From the IMG/VR virus record IMGVR_UViG_3300027747_002221, positions 124,001-188,000 of that record: a DNA stretch of 64,000 bases. One strand, written 5' to 3'. Position 1 is the stretch's first letter. Every line of letters begins with the position of its first letter. The notes under the pieces are model-generated. The model was not told where the DNA came from, made no database searches, and was given only the letters and a program-made list of their open reading frames with translations. Positions 17,174 to 26,886 of the stretch are shown in pieces. The translations under genes and the position numbers were made by a program.

Positions 17174-17926
17174 TTATACCAGTTCATACTGGGTTTCGTA
17201 TTTTAACCTTGCTAATATATATTCCTTTACTATAGCAGATCTAACTATATCATCAACTCCGAATTCGAATGTTTTAAAACTTGGCATCATGTCAGCAATG
17301 ACCATAAATTTTTTCAATCCCGACATATCGCTTTTCTTGTATAAATCTGTTTGTCTAAAATCACCGCAAAATATAATTTTGGATCTAACCCCCACTCTAG
17401 TCATTATGGAATTCAATTCCATATCAGTCATGTTTTGACATTCGTCAACTAAAATTATAGAATTGCTTAAAGTTATCCCTCTGACAAAAGATGTAATCAT
17501 AAATTGAACTGCTTTTTGTTCACTCAATCTTTGGAATGCATCTGTTCTATCAAATAGATCCTTGCAAATTTCTACATATGGTTCAGTATATACTTCTGTT
17601 TTTTCTTTTTCGTCCCCAGGTAAATGTCCTATATCCCTGCTAGGTACTGCTGACCTAACTATTACTACTCTCTGATACTGATTCTGTTTATTTAATACTT
17701 CCTCTAATGCGTGATATAATGCTATGTAAGTTTTGCCTGTTCCTGCAACACCGTGTAATAACATAACTTTTGCTTTATCGTATGAATCAAAGAATCCTTT
17801 CTGATTATCTGTTAATGGCTTAATTGTTTTCATGTCATCTAGACACAGTTTCAGTTTATTATTGGCTAATGTTAACTGAGGGGTTTGACTAGATTGCGGT
17901 TGAACACTTGTTCTTGTTTTTGCCAT
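17174..17926 (-). CDS. phoH: PhoH-like ATPase
   Basis: GVAGTGKT, GHLPGDEKEK, SFVRGITL, ILVDECQN, GDFRQTD. Confidence 0.93.
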   Translation of the reverse strand: MAKTRTSVQPQSSQTPQLTLANNKLKLCLDDMKTIKPLTDNQKGFFDSYDKAKVMLLHGVAGTGKTYIALYHALEEVLNKQNQYQRVVIVRSAVPSRDIGHLPGDEKEKTEVYTEPYVEICKDLFDRTDAFQRLSEQKAVQFMITSFVRGITLSNSIILVDECQNMTDMELNSIMTRVGVRSKIIFCGDFRQTDLYKKSDMSGLKKFMVIADMMPSFKTFEFGVDDIVRSAIVKEYILARLKYETQYELV

Positions 17927-18008
17927 GAATTGTCCTCTTAGAATAGTAAGTAAGGAGGCAACGTTATGTATTGACCTCCCAAGTTAAAGAAAGATAACTT
18001 ATCATATA

Positions 18009-18269
18009 TTAGCTTCTGCTCAATTTGTTTTTAAGGTCAGCCTGACGTCCGTTGTTAGACCCAACCCTAGACAACACCTCTCGAAACCCATCATCCACAG
18101 TTCTGATGCCAAGACGAACAGGGTCGCCAAACGCAGGCATAGCAGTATGATGGGATTCGTATTTGGGGGATTTGCAAGAAGGACACTCTTGCGATTCTCG
18201 TTTAGAGATAGAACACATAACTGAAAATATTTCATCGCAGTTAGAACATTTGAAATCATAAAATGGCAT
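18009..18269 (-). CDS. FmdB-family zinc-ribbon protein
   Basis: MPFYDFKCSNC...ECPSC. Confidence 0.8.
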   Translation of the reverse strand: MPFYDFKCSNCDEIFSVMCSISKRESQECPSCKSPKYESHHTAMPAFGDPVRLGIRTVDDGFREVLSRVGSNNGRQADLKNKLSRS

Positions 18270-18307
18270 TAATTAACTCCTGATACATTATATATTATAA
18301 CCTGATG

Positions 18308-18847
18308 CTAGTAATACCAAATAGGTACTTCCCGTTTTTTCCAATTTGCTAGATGCTGTTTAGCGCCTATATAGTAGTTTTTGTAAGAACTTATTGAAGA
18401 TGACACAATAAATTGAGTGGGCATGGCAGGAGTAGGTTCAGACCAGCCTTGTTTGCCAATATTCTTCGGAATGTTTTTTAGAAGGACATAGCAAAGGCCA
18501 TCACGTTCCACTTTGTGAGTTTTACCATAACGATAAGTGTATTCTTCACACAATGTAACCAGCATATTAGATAGCCAAAGATAATTCTCGGTTGATTGTC
18601 TTACCCATATAGCAGAGGGATGATTGGCATGAGTGGATTTATATAGTTTAGAATCCAAATCAGATTCTAATTTCCACCTACGAATTTTTCTGCTAGCTGC
18701 TGTTAGTTCTGTAACCTCGTATCCATCAAGAACTCTGTGTGCGGTAGAAAGTAGTTGCGCATATTCAAGAATCATTTTAACAACATGCTTATCGTTATGT
18801 TGTTTTGCGCATTCTACTGGGTCATTATGTAAATAAAATATGTTCAT
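18308..18847 (-). CDS. Pyrimidine-dimer DNA glycosylase/DenV-like family protein
   Basis: MNIFYL...DKHVVKMILEYAQLLSTAH, HANHPSAIW, EYTYRYGKTH. Confidence 0.72.
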   Translation of the reverse strand: MNIFYLHNDPVECAKQHNDKHVVKMILEYAQLLSTAHRVLDGYEVTELTAASRKIRRWKLESDLDSKLYKSTHANHPSAIWVRQSTENYLWLSNMLVTLCEEYTYRYGKTHKVERDGLCYVLLKNIPKNIGKQGWSEPTPAMPTQFIVSSSISSYKNYYIGAKQHLANWKKREVPIWYY

Positions 18848-19113
18848 AGTGTTTCTATAGATTTCAATATTTCTTGTATAGTATTTTTAGTTTTAATAGA
18901 AAAAACGCCAGACGATTTTGCTTCGACTAGCGCTTTTATAACTGTTAAAGGTTCGTAATCTTCTAAGGTTTTTTCAGTTACCTTTTCTGTAAGATTACCA
19001 AAGACATTTAAAGATATGATTGTCAAAAATATCTGCTCCTCTGTATAAAGAGGAATTTTGTAACCTCGATAATATGTTCTTCTCTCAGGAAACTTGTAAA
19101 TTTTTGCGGGCAT
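18844..19113 (-). CDS. Hypothetical protein
   Basis: 89-aa ORF with ATGA overlap. Confidence 0.6.
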   Translation of the reverse strand: MPAKIYKFPERRTYYRGYKIPLYTEEQIFLTIISLNVFGNLTEKVTEKTLEDYEPLTVIKALVEAKSSGVFSIKTKNTIQEILKSIETL

Positions 19114-19134
19114 ATGATTAACCTCATTCCCGTT

Positions 19135-19142
19135 TATTTATA
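19135..19142 (-). promoter_or_regulatory. Late promoter TATAAATA
   Basis: tatttata in the gap after ligase. Confidence 0.6.
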
Positions 19143-19143
19143 A

Positions 19144-20472
19144 TTATTTGATAGATTTACTAGATTCTGCTTTATCTTTATCTTCACGTAATTCTATAAA
19201 TACGGGAAGGAATAAACTCTCGACCCCTGATCTATCCTTAATACGAGCATTATACTTAACAGTTATAATTTTACCAATAACTTTTTTGGTATATTCATCT
19301 CGTTGTTCATCAGAATACCCAGATCCAACATTTACTCGTATTACGCCGTCACTTGATTCGCAAACCAATGCTCCTAAGCGGCCTACATTCTTACCCGTGC
19401 CTTCTTCCCAATCTACAACTTTTAATTCGCATTCAAGCTCGCCCTTAAACTTGATCTGAGTCTTAGAACGCTTGTCTTCCCAAATACCATCTTTGGATTT
19501 TAAGATTGTGCCTTCTTGACCCTCGGATAAAAACTTTTCAAATATTTTCTGAGCAGTAGCAATATCGTTTACCTGTTTATTCCATACAAATTCAATATAG
19601 TGACCTATCTGTCCTTTTTGCCCTCTCATGTATGACATAGCCTTACTTAGCTTGTCCATCCTTGCACTATAAACTTCCTTATCGATACCTTGTGAGAACT
19701 TTTCAAATGTAATAGCATCCCACAGAGTAGCTCTTACATTGGTTGCTTCTTCCTCACTCATTGTACCTTTGATCGATTTGGATAAAATGCCATTACCTGT
19801 TTGTCTATTGACAGGGTCACCCGTTACGCCTACAACTAGCAATTCACCATCAAAGACCATATCTTCACCATAGAATTTCGCCATGGTAATAAATGGTATA
19901 TCAAATACTTTATTAGGAATAGTTAATTCTTTGCCGTTGCGAGATCTATATTCTACTACTTCGCCCCTGACGATTGCGTTGAATCGCATTCCGTCGAGTT
20001 TAAGTTGGACATAGGCGGGGAATTGGATTTTGTCGACAAGTTTTTGGTCGTATCCAGAAGCCAACATAACTGGGTATGACGGGATAGTTCCTGGCCAAAT
20101 TTTATTAATGGTTGCTTCGGAGACTCCGCAACGCATGTCTTTTGCAATAATACGCTCAATGATTTTTGCATCTTCTTTACTCAGCGATCCTAAAATAAAT
20201 TGTAAGTGATTAATTGCTGCGTGACCTGTCATAACCCTATCAGACAAAACACTAAGATTATCTAGTGCTTCTTGTAAGGACTTATGATTAACATCTTTAG
20301 CAGTATCATAACTTGGGATTTTTCTGATATAAAATTGAACAAATGGATTCAAAGCTAATTTAAACACTCGCTTTAATAATTCATTGGTAGCATTCTTCTT
20401 TAGAATAGCTTCCTTAGCAAGACGAGAATTGTCTAATGCTAATTGTTCAATAACGGTATAAATTGCGCTCAT
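19144..20472 (-). CDS. gp30: ATP-dependent DNA ligase gp30
   Basis: VQLKLDGMR (KxDG), FDGEL, EGTILK, WEDKRS, LFLPVF. Confidence 0.95.
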   Translation of the reverse strand: MSAIYTVIEQLALDNSRLAKEAILKKNATNELLKRVFKLALNPFVQFYIRKIPSYDTAKDVNHKSLQEALDNLSVLSDRVMTGHAAINHLQFILGSLSKEDAKIIERIIAKDMRCGVSEATINKIWPGTIPSYPVMLASGYDQKLVDKIQFPAYVQLKLDGMRFNAIVRGEVVEYRSRNGKELTIPNKVFDIPFITMAKFYGEDMVFDGELLVVGVTGDPVNRQTGNGILSKSIKGTMSEEEATNVRATLWDAITFEKFSQGIDKEVYSARMDKLSKAMSYMRGQKGQIGHYIEFVWNKQVNDIATAQKIFEKFLSEGQEGTILKSKDGIWEDKRSKTQIKFKGELECELKVVDWEEGTGKNVGRLGALVCESSDGVIRVNVGSGYSDEQRDEYTKKVIGKIITVKYNARIKDRSGVESLFLPVFIELREDKDKAESSKSIK

Positions 20473-20491
20473 TTCTGCTCCTTAATGCCTT

Positions 20492-20520
20492 ATTATAACA
20501 TCTTTTAGGAAAGAAGTCAA
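20492..20520 (-). promoter_or_regulatory. sigma70-type early promoter for ligase
   Basis: TTGACT-17-TATAAT. Confidence 0.88.
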
Positions 20521-20714
20521 GCAACTGCATTGAAAAACGGGTTAAAGTGCGGGGTAATAGAAAATTGTAAAGAATACTTGGTTTCTTCCGCAAGTAAATT
20601 CTTTTTAGCTTCCTCTACCTTATCTAAATTAGCATATACCCCGACAATGAGTTTACGTTTAACTCGTTTAATGGCATCCAGATATTTGGCTTCGAGAATA
20701 TATTGATTATACAT
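20517..20714 (-). CDS. Hypothetical protein
   Basis: 65-aa ORF in the operon. Confidence 0.55.
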   Translation of the reverse strand: MYNQYILEAKYLDAIKRVKRKLIVGVYANLDKVEEAKKNLLAEETKYSLQFSITPHFNPFFNAVA

Positions 20715-20910
20715 GAAAATAAAGTCCTTTCGCAGGAACTTCTTGATTTACATATTCATCATCAACAAAATCTAAAGTACCATCAAAATGATATCCCGCC
20801 CCTCGTAAAAACATCTCAATATTTTCTAGAACTTCGGGTAAAAAGTCTTTTTCAAATTCGACAGTTGTTTTCTCATTTCCGTGATCACAAATAAGTGTAA
20901 ATTTAGACAT
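20707..20910 (-). CDS. Hypothetical protein
   Basis: 67-aa ORF in the operon. Confidence 0.6.
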   Translation of the reverse strand: MSKFTLICDHGNEKTTVEFEKDFLPEVLENIEMFLRGAGYHFDGTLDFVDDEYVNQEVPAKGLYFHV

Positions 20911-21181
20911 GGTCTTTACTCATGGTTGTAGTTGTTGTAATTGTTTGATACATAGTCTCAAACTCTTCGTGTTCTTCAAGTTCCAAACTGAAGTTTTGCT
21001 TGTGATATACTTTTGCCATTCGACGAAATGTCTTTTTGGAAAGTTGATACTTATCACAAATTTCTTTAATAGCTTCACGCATAAACTCTCGCTCGCCTTC
21101 GGTGCGAGTCATAGATGCACTAATTTCTTTCATGCAGTCTAAGATAGCTTTACGATCTACTGGGCTTGATGGTATTGTCAT
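20903..21181 (-). CDS. dsbA: DsbA-like double-stranded DNA-binding protein
   Basis: Start corrected to MTIPSS (ATGA overlap); MKEISASMTRTEGEREFMREAI...SKKTFRRMAKVYHKQNF. Confidence 0.8.
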   Translation of the reverse strand: MTIPSSPVDRKAILDCMKEISASMTRTEGEREFMREAIKEICDKYQLSKKTFRRMAKVYHKQNFSLELEEHEEFETMYQTITTTTTMSKDHV

Positions 21182-21951
21182 AATAAAGGTTTCCTTTCTA
21201 TATCTTCTTCGACACAATTATCACCATATTGTATTTCTACAATTTTTAATGGCTTATCAGTTTCATTACAAAGCTGATGCCATTTTGTTTTACTAATATG
21301 AAGACTATCAAATTTTTGATAAACTCCCAAAAGGTAAACATCGGTACCTACATCTATAGTATAGACTGTGGCTGTTCCTTCAGATACAAACCAATGTTCT
21401 GCTCGATCTTGATGCCTTTGCATACTCAAGCATTTTCCTGGTTCTACTGTTAATTCTTTTACCTTGACTTCTTTACCCTGTTCGTGTAAAACCCTATAGT
21501 AGCCCCATGGTCTTTCTGTTTTAGGAGCCTTCCACTCTTGAAGAATCCACGAACTGGAATTCATTTTATTTTCGCCACCAACACCAAATGCGAATGATAA
21601 ATTACAATCTACAACATCCATTTCTGGAATATTATCTTTAGTCCTGTCGCCGCCGTTGGCAAATATAAGTTCGGCATCGGGATAATGTGCTCTTGTCTGT
21701 TGAATAAAATGTTTTGCCGATCCGTCGTCGTCATCAAAGGTAAAAACTTCGTCGACCATTGATAAATTATTAATAACACAAAGTCTTTCGTTCCATGGCA
21801 TAAAGGCTGCACCTTTTTTACGAACAAGCCAATCGTCAGAATTTAATCCAACAATTAATATGTCACCTAAAGTTTTTGCAGCTTTAAAATAAGCAATATG
21901 CCCAGAATGTAGGGGATCAAATCCGCCAGTGATTAAAACAATTTTAGACAT
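21178..21951 (-). CDS. Cytidylyltransferase-like domain fused to mannose-6-P isomerase-type cupin
   Basis: TGGFDPLHSGH (HxGH), FANGGDR; C-terminal ERPWGYY...LSMQRHQDRAEHWFV...IVEIQYG. Confidence 0.88.
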   Translation of the reverse strand: MSKIVLITGGFDPLHSGHIAYFKAAKTLGDILIVGLNSDDWLVRKKGAAFMPWNERLCVINNLSMVDEVFTFDDDDGSAKHFIQQTRAHYPDAELIFANGGDRTKDNIPEMDVVDCNLSFAFGVGGENKMNSSSWILQEWKAPKTERPWGYYRVLHEQGKEVKVKELTVEPGKCLSMQRHQDRAEHWFVSEGTATVYTIDVGTDVYLLGVYQKFDSLHISKTKWHQLCNETDKPLKIVEIQYGDNCVEEDIERKPLL

Positions 21952-22343
21952 TAGCGTCTCATACTTGAAATAGATTTTGCCTCATCATCACTAAAGATGG
22001 GCACGGCATTGGACTTGTGCATTGTTCCAATGCCAATCATTTTTGTTCCTGTATATTGTGGAATTTGTTTTTTGGCAGCAATACCGTCGCCCGTATTTAA
22101 ACTGGGGATGTGCTTAGTTGATTGTCTACCTGCAGGCGCAGATAATTTATAAGACAACGGTTCCGCTGTCATTGCTCTTTTGCGAGATTTTTCTTCTTGC
22201 TCGATGCCTTGATTTTTAAGCAGTTGTTTCCAAGCTGCATCTAACTCTCTTGCCTTACGAGCCTCATCTGCATTACGAAATTTAACTTTGCCTTTTTTCT
22301 TACCCGAAGTAGAAAGCCAAGGACCCACAATATGCATTGTCAT
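21951..22343 (-). CDS. Conserved T4-like hypothetical protein
   Basis: YTGTKMIGIGTMHKSNAVPIFS C-terminal motif. Confidence 0.7.
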   Translation of the reverse strand: MTMHIVGPWLSTSGKKKGKVKFRNADEARKARELDAAWKQLLKNQGIEQEEKSRKRAMTAEPLSYKLSAPAGRQSTKHIPSLNTGDGIAAKKQIPQYTGTKMIGIGTMHKSNAVPIFSDDEAKSISSMRR

Positions 22344-22366
22344 ACGAACTCCAATAATATAATTAT

Positions 22367-22395
22367 ATTATAACACCTTTTTTAATGCTTGTCAA
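22367..22395 (-). promoter_or_regulatory. sigma70-type early promoter
   Basis: TTGACA-17-TATAAT with extended -10 TG. Confidence 0.92.
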
Positions 22396-22512
22396 ATGCT
22401 CTGTATTTATATTCTACTCGATATCTTGAATCATACAAAGGTTCGGGTAAAGGGGCTCCTTGATCTGACCATTTTTCTTTTTCTTCTTCTACTGGTTTAT
22501 CTTTGAACCAGG

Positions 22513-23010
22513 TCAGGATACGCTCAAAGATTTTACTTTTTTTGCTTTTGTTGCCGCCTCTACTTTTGCCTCTACTTTTTGCTTTTCTGGTAATAGATTC
22601 GGAAATGCTTCTCGAACAATATCTTCTTTTAAAGATTTATATTTGGTTTGTAACTTTTTGTCCTTTGCCAAACACAATGCCTCTGCTTCAGACCAATGTA
22701 TACCTTCTAACATCTGAATAAACAGTTGTTCTTTTTTATGTCTAGTAAGATTAATATTGGGATCAAGCCAAACATACATACGTCTAAATTCTGCGTATAG
22801 ATTAGTTTCAGAATAACCTACTGGGATAGTAGTATCCTTTTTGAAGGGAGGTTCCCCTTCGGGTAGATCTAATTTTACAGTTGGATCAAAATTAATCTGC
22901 AGCATGCCCTTTAAGATTGGATGATCATAGGCACGTAACACTTTGACCTTAGATTCTTTGCTGCTCGCTTTTTCAACGTCTTCAAATATTTGTGGTATTG
23001 TAGTTTTCAT
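22513..23010 (-). CDS. Conserved T4-like hypothetical protein next to RNase H
   Basis: NFDPTVKLDLPEGEPPF...KKEQLFIQMLEGIH..EAE.L...KDKKL. Confidence 0.75.
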   Translation of the reverse strand: MKTTIPQIFEDVEKASSKESKVKVLRAYDHPILKGMLQINFDPTVKLDLPEGEPPFKKDTTIPVGYSETNLYAEFRRMYVWLDPNINLTRHKKEQLFIQMLEGIHWSEAEALCLAKDKKLQTKYKSLKEDIVREAFPNLLPEKQKVEAKVEAATKAKKVKSLSVS

Positions 23011-23892
23011 TTAAAATTCCTCTATAACTTCTAGCATATTTTTCATTTTATGTTCAACAAAAAAATCTAGTAACTTGCTTTTATCTTTCGATGGGGTATC
23101 CTCATACCTATTTATGATAGAATTTTTAATATGATCAGGAATGCAACTAAAACTAACTAATTTTTTATTGCGTTCGTAATTTTTCTTAAATTCTGCATCT
23201 TGCGGCATAGCATCAAAATCCTTGTACCAAAGATCTAATTTTTCCTGACGTATTGGTTTTTGTCGTACACCATTCACAATACTATCGTCTGCTGATAGCA
23301 CATTAGGAATACCGTCACCCTTGTCACCTTTAATGATATGTTCAAAAATATATTTCTCAGGGCTAATATCAGGTTTAACATACTTCCTTTGTATAGGGGA
23401 GAACTGTTTTACATTCTCATACTTTTGTAATTGAATAAAGTCATGATCCCCGGATAATACTAGGAACGGCTTAGGTTCATCAAATAAAACACTCTTGGTA
23501 TCATTAGTCTGAGACCATTCTGCGAGTACAGCAATGATATCATCTGCTTCTGCGCCTGCAACATTAATAACCTTGTATGGAAAGAACACTTCAATTTCAC
23601 TACGAATAAGATTAATTGCCTCAAAGATTGTTTTCCAATCAAAGCCAGAATCTTCTCTTGCCTTTTTTCTTCCCGCTTTGTAATAAGGAAAATAATCTCT
23701 GCGCCAATAGTTTTGATTATCGCATGCGATAACTATCTCGCCAAATTCTTTACCGAATTTTTGTTTATATCCTCGTATAGAATTTAAGATCATATGTCTC
23801 AATAGAGGCACTTGAATTTCAATATCATTACGACCACCCACCTCAGCCATTAGATTAGAAATGGCTGTTTGATTAAAGTCAACTACTATCAT
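23011..23892 (-). CDS. rnh: RNase H (T4 rnh-type 5'-3' exonuclease)
   Basis: IVVDFNQ, NYWRRDYFPYYKAGRK, AEADDIIA, SGDHDFIQLQ, GDKGDGIPN. Confidence 0.95.
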   Translation of the reverse strand: MIVVDFNQTAISNLMAEVGGRNDIEIQVPLLRHMILNSIRGYKQKFGKEFGEIVIACDNQNYWRRDYFPYYKAGRKKAREDSGFDWKTIFEAINLIRSEIEVFFPYKVINVAGAEADDIIAVLAEWSQTNDTKSVLFDEPKPFLVLSGDHDFIQLQKYENVKQFSPIQRKYVKPDISPEKYIFEHIIKGDKGDGIPNVLSADDSIVNGVRQKPIRQEKLDLWYKDFDAMPQDAEFKKNYERNKKLVSFSCIPDHIKNSIINRYEDTPSKDKSKLLDFFVEHKMKNMLEVIEEF

Positions 23893-25160
23893 TATAAGTT
23901 TAGCTTTCCTGTGTTTAGTGGACCACGATCTTCCAGTGTAAATATCGTCCCTGTTTTTTGATTGTCTACTTCTATTTTGTAACCACTTGATTTTGCTCCC
24001 GCAGCTATTAATTCTTTCTCAACTATTCTAGCTGCAGCAGATGCGTCTCTTGCTTGCACGACTTGCGTAGAAGCAACTGAGCTGCCCGGGCGAGTAACTC
24101 TTACTTCATATGCAATAGTAACTGCCTCGACTGCATCAGGATTTTGTGTTGATGCGGAATCTGTTGTCGTCGATGCAACTGCTACTTCCGAGGTTGGTTT
24201 AGCTATAAGAGTACCGTCCTCGCTGTCTCTAATAGCTGTACCGTCAAGTGCAGCTTGTTTTGCTGCAACGTATGTGGAAACCGCGGTGGCAACATCCGAC
24301 TTCATAATTTTTTCATAAACACTGCCAGAACACCCAGATAATAAATTATAAACTATATGATTAATTTGCGCTTCAATTGCTGCCTTTAGTGCCGCCTTAT
24401 TAATGGAAGTATTGAATAATGAGTTGAATCTTGTAAGTACAGTATTAAAATCATTTAATGCTGTAGTTAATTCATTAATACCCAACCCACTTAACAGTTT
24501 TTGTTCAATTGCTCTAATTAAATCTCCTTGTTCAAGAGACGTTATTAATTCTTTTAGATCTATATCTGGAACAGAGTTATTAGGTGTACAACCATTCCCC
24601 AATAAATCTTGTAATGAACAACCGCCTGCCGCTTCCGCTCCAGATAAGGTCGCCACTCCCGATAATCTATCAGTAAAATTTTTAAAGGTGTCTAATTTTC
24701 CAGAAACAGTATATAATATACTTACCTGCGATGCCAAAGTTGTTTTTTCCTCTGCCGCGGAAGTATAGGGAGAACTTACTGTGAATGACGGGACTGAATT
24801 TGCATTTGCAGTCCATTGATCTATAACTGCTATACGAGAATTTAAGGGGGTTAACCTTGATGTAATTGCTGTGTTGGTTGCATACGCAGGAAACGCAATG
24901 GGATTTTGAAATAATTGCTGTTGTATTGCTTCTACAAGTTTTTGCGCATTTGTAACATCTGTACCTGCAGCATTAATGGCATTTGTAACTCTATCTATTA
25001 GTGCTCTAATTTCTGTAAGTCCACCAGGAATTCCTAGACCAACTGCTACTTGTCTAGAACCCTGTATTGTTGATGTGTATAATTGTTCTAATGGATTACC
25101 GCCGATTTGCGATAAAACAATTTTTATAAGTTGACAATAACTTAAACTAATACCTGCCAT
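23892..25160 (-). CDS. Hypothetical protein (422 aa)
   Basis: Long ORF; no recognised motif. Confidence 0.7.
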   Translation of the reverse strand: MAGISLSYCQLIKIVLSQIGGNPLEQLYTSTIQGSRQVAVGLGIPGGLTEIRALIDRVTNAINAAGTDVTNAQKLVEAIQQQLFQNPIAFPAYATNTAITSRLTPLNSRIAVIDQWTANANSVPSFTVSSPYTSAAEEKTTLASQVSILYTVSGKLDTFKNFTDRLSGVATLSGAEAAGGCSLQDLLGNGCTPNNSVPDIDLKELITSLEQGDLIRAIEQKLLSGLGINELTTALNDFNTVLTRFNSLFNTSINKAALKAAIEAQINHIVYNLLSGCSGSVYEKIMKSDVATAVSTYVAAKQAALDGTAIRDSEDGTLIAKPTSEVAVASTTTDSASTQNPDAVEAVTIAYEVRVTRPGSSVASTQVVQARDASAAARIVEKELIAAGAKSSGYKIEVDNQKTGTIFTLEDRGPLNTGKLNL

Positions 25161-25163
25161 ATG

Positions 25164-26288
25164 TTACCTCGTAATTTTTAGGATGATTGTATCTATATTT
25201 ATCCTACCATTGACAGCCTGTTCTTTAGATTTAATATTATCTAGGAAAGTTCTTAATTTAACCTTACCCAAAGCGAGCAAATCTTTAATTTGTTCTTCGG
25301 GTTTTCTCAAAGTCTTTTGTTTGGATTTTTCTGGAGACCAATTTTGTAAAGTCGTACCCTTTACAGTCATACCTTTTGTTGATTCGGATGTGTATACCGA
25401 TAATTTTCTTGTTTTCGTATTAAATAACCATACTTGCTCTGCACCTACAAGATCAAATGCCTTCGCAGATGTTAAACCTAATTCATCATCCTTAAGTTTA
25501 TACTTTAAGCTCTTAATTTGTGCAACTGCAGGTTTTTCTCTTGTTGCTCTGACTTTTCGGTTGGCTTTCTTGAACTGACCATACTTGTTACAGTCCTCAA
25601 CGAAAGATTCGAACAATTTTACAATCTTGGTAATCTTACGTTTAGGAAAATTCGAATAACCCTCAACAATTTGAGAGTCTTTAGAATCAGCTACCTCATT
25701 CCATTGATCTAATTTCTTTACTGCCCAAGTTTTTACGAATGTAGTATATGGGGCAGGGATTTGGTTACCCTTTAAATGGGTATATAGATTAAAGTCTTTA
25801 TCCGCAGTACAAAACTCATCTACAAACCCCTCAAGCTCACCAATATACTCAGATGCCTTGTCTTTAATTGCATCTTGAATAGATGGACGCTTAACCACTG
25901 CCACAGGGGTTGTTACTGTGATGACATTTTTCTTAGCATCAAGACGTTTCTTGCCGATCTCGAATAACCGGTTCAATTCTTTATTAAATCCGTCCAAGTG
26001 ATCTTTGCGAATATTGGCGCCTTGCAATAACATACGAGCCATCCAGCCATATGTCATGTGTACATCTTTTTCGTCAACCTCAGCAAATAATTTAGATGAG
26101 CTGGGCATATTATGCTTTACATATTGTGCAAAATACTTGTGAGCATCGCCTCTAGTTTTATCAGTACTATACCAATTATTGATTCTAATCAATGTAATGA
26201 CATAGTCGTTAGCAGTTGGATCTAACTTAGAAACCAACGGTTCAGATAATAGAACTTTGCCTGCGTCGTGCTCACGTTTAGTAGCCAT
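25164..26288 (-). CDS. Conserved hypothetical protein (374 aa)
   Basis: Long ORF; C-terminal LVGAEQVWLFNTKTRKL...KTLRKPEE...GRINIDTIILK. Confidence 0.75.
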   Translation of the reverse strand: MATKREHDAGKVLLSEPLVSKLDPTANDYVITLIRINNWYSTDKTRGDAHKYFAQYVKHNMPSSSKLFAEVDEKDVHMTYGWMARMLLQGANIRKDHLDGFNKELNRLFEIGKKRLDAKKNVITVTTPVAVVKRPSIQDAIKDKASEYIGELEGFVDEFCTADKDFNLYTHLKGNQIPAPYTTFVKTWAVKKLDQWNEVADSKDSQIVEGYSNFPKRKITKIVKLFESFVEDCNKYGQFKKANRKVRATREKPAVAQIKSLKYKLKDDELGLTSAKAFDLVGAEQVWLFNTKTRKLSVYTSESTKGMTVKGTTLQNWSPEKSKQKTLRKPEEQIKDLLALGKVKLRTFLDNIKSKEQAVNGRINIDTIILKITR

Positions 26289-26615
26289 TTATTCTCCAAG
26301 GGTAAATTTGATCTGTTTAATTGAATCGTACCTGCAAGAACGCCATTCATTCTTTTCAATATCGAATACTGAAATGACATTGTCGTTTTCTTTGCGAACA
26401 CGATCTGTCTTTTTCTCAATTTCAGGCAATTTTTCTTCAGCTAAGGTACATTTCATTTCCCTTATTGTATCATCTTTCTTCTTGAAAGTCAAGCCCACGG
26501 TATTTGTCTTCAAAACACTCACTAACCATTCGCGAAATTGTGCTTGTTCCTTGACAGAGGCAGTTTTATACCAATCTGTCATTTCAGACAAATCTGCAGA
26601 CTCGAATTTTTTCAT
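26289..26615 (-). CDS. WYL-like SH3-fold protein (DUF2693-type)
   Basis: LTFKKKDDTIREMKCTL...VFDIEKNEWRSCR. Confidence 0.75.
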   Translation of the reverse strand: MKKFESADLSEMTDWYKTASVKEQAQFREWLVSVLKTNTVGLTFKKKDDTIREMKCTLAEEKLPEIEKKTDRVRKENDNVISVFDIEKNEWRSCRYDSIKQIKFTLGE

Positions 26616-26645
26616 ATTTTCACCTTAAAATAATGTAATTTAAAA

Positions 26646-26810
26646 TTATCGGCCTCGGCCGACTTTTTTCATGATAGTTTTGTTGACTTGGGGAATGTTT
26701 TTTGGTTTTGTATTCTTTGCCAATGCTTGTAAATGAACAAGTGGCTTCGAATTTAATGCTGGCTTGCTGTTTTTAGGCAATTTTTGGTCAATTTCTTTAT
26801 GATCACTCAT
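26646..26810 (-). CDS. Small basic hypothetical protein
   Basis: Start corrected to MSDHKE (AGGAG SD, promoter upstream). Confidence 0.6.
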   Translation of the reverse strand: MSDHKEIDQKLPKNSKPALNSKPLVHLQALAKNTKPKNIPQVNKTIMKKVGRGR

Positions 26811-26831
26811 ATCAACTCCTAATATAGAATA

Positions 26832-26860
26832 ATTATAACACCTTTTGTGGAAGATGTCAA
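26832..26860 (-). promoter_or_regulatory. sigma70-type early promoter
   Basis: TTGACA-17-TATAAT, extended -10. Confidence 0.92.
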
Positions 26861-26865
26861 GCAAT

Positions 26866-26885
26866 AAGTGGGCCGAAGCCCACTT
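26866..26885 (-). terminator. Intrinsic terminator with cUUCGg loop
   Basis: AAGTGGGC-TTCG-GCCCACTT on the minus strand. Confidence 0.82.
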
Positions 26886-26886
26886 T

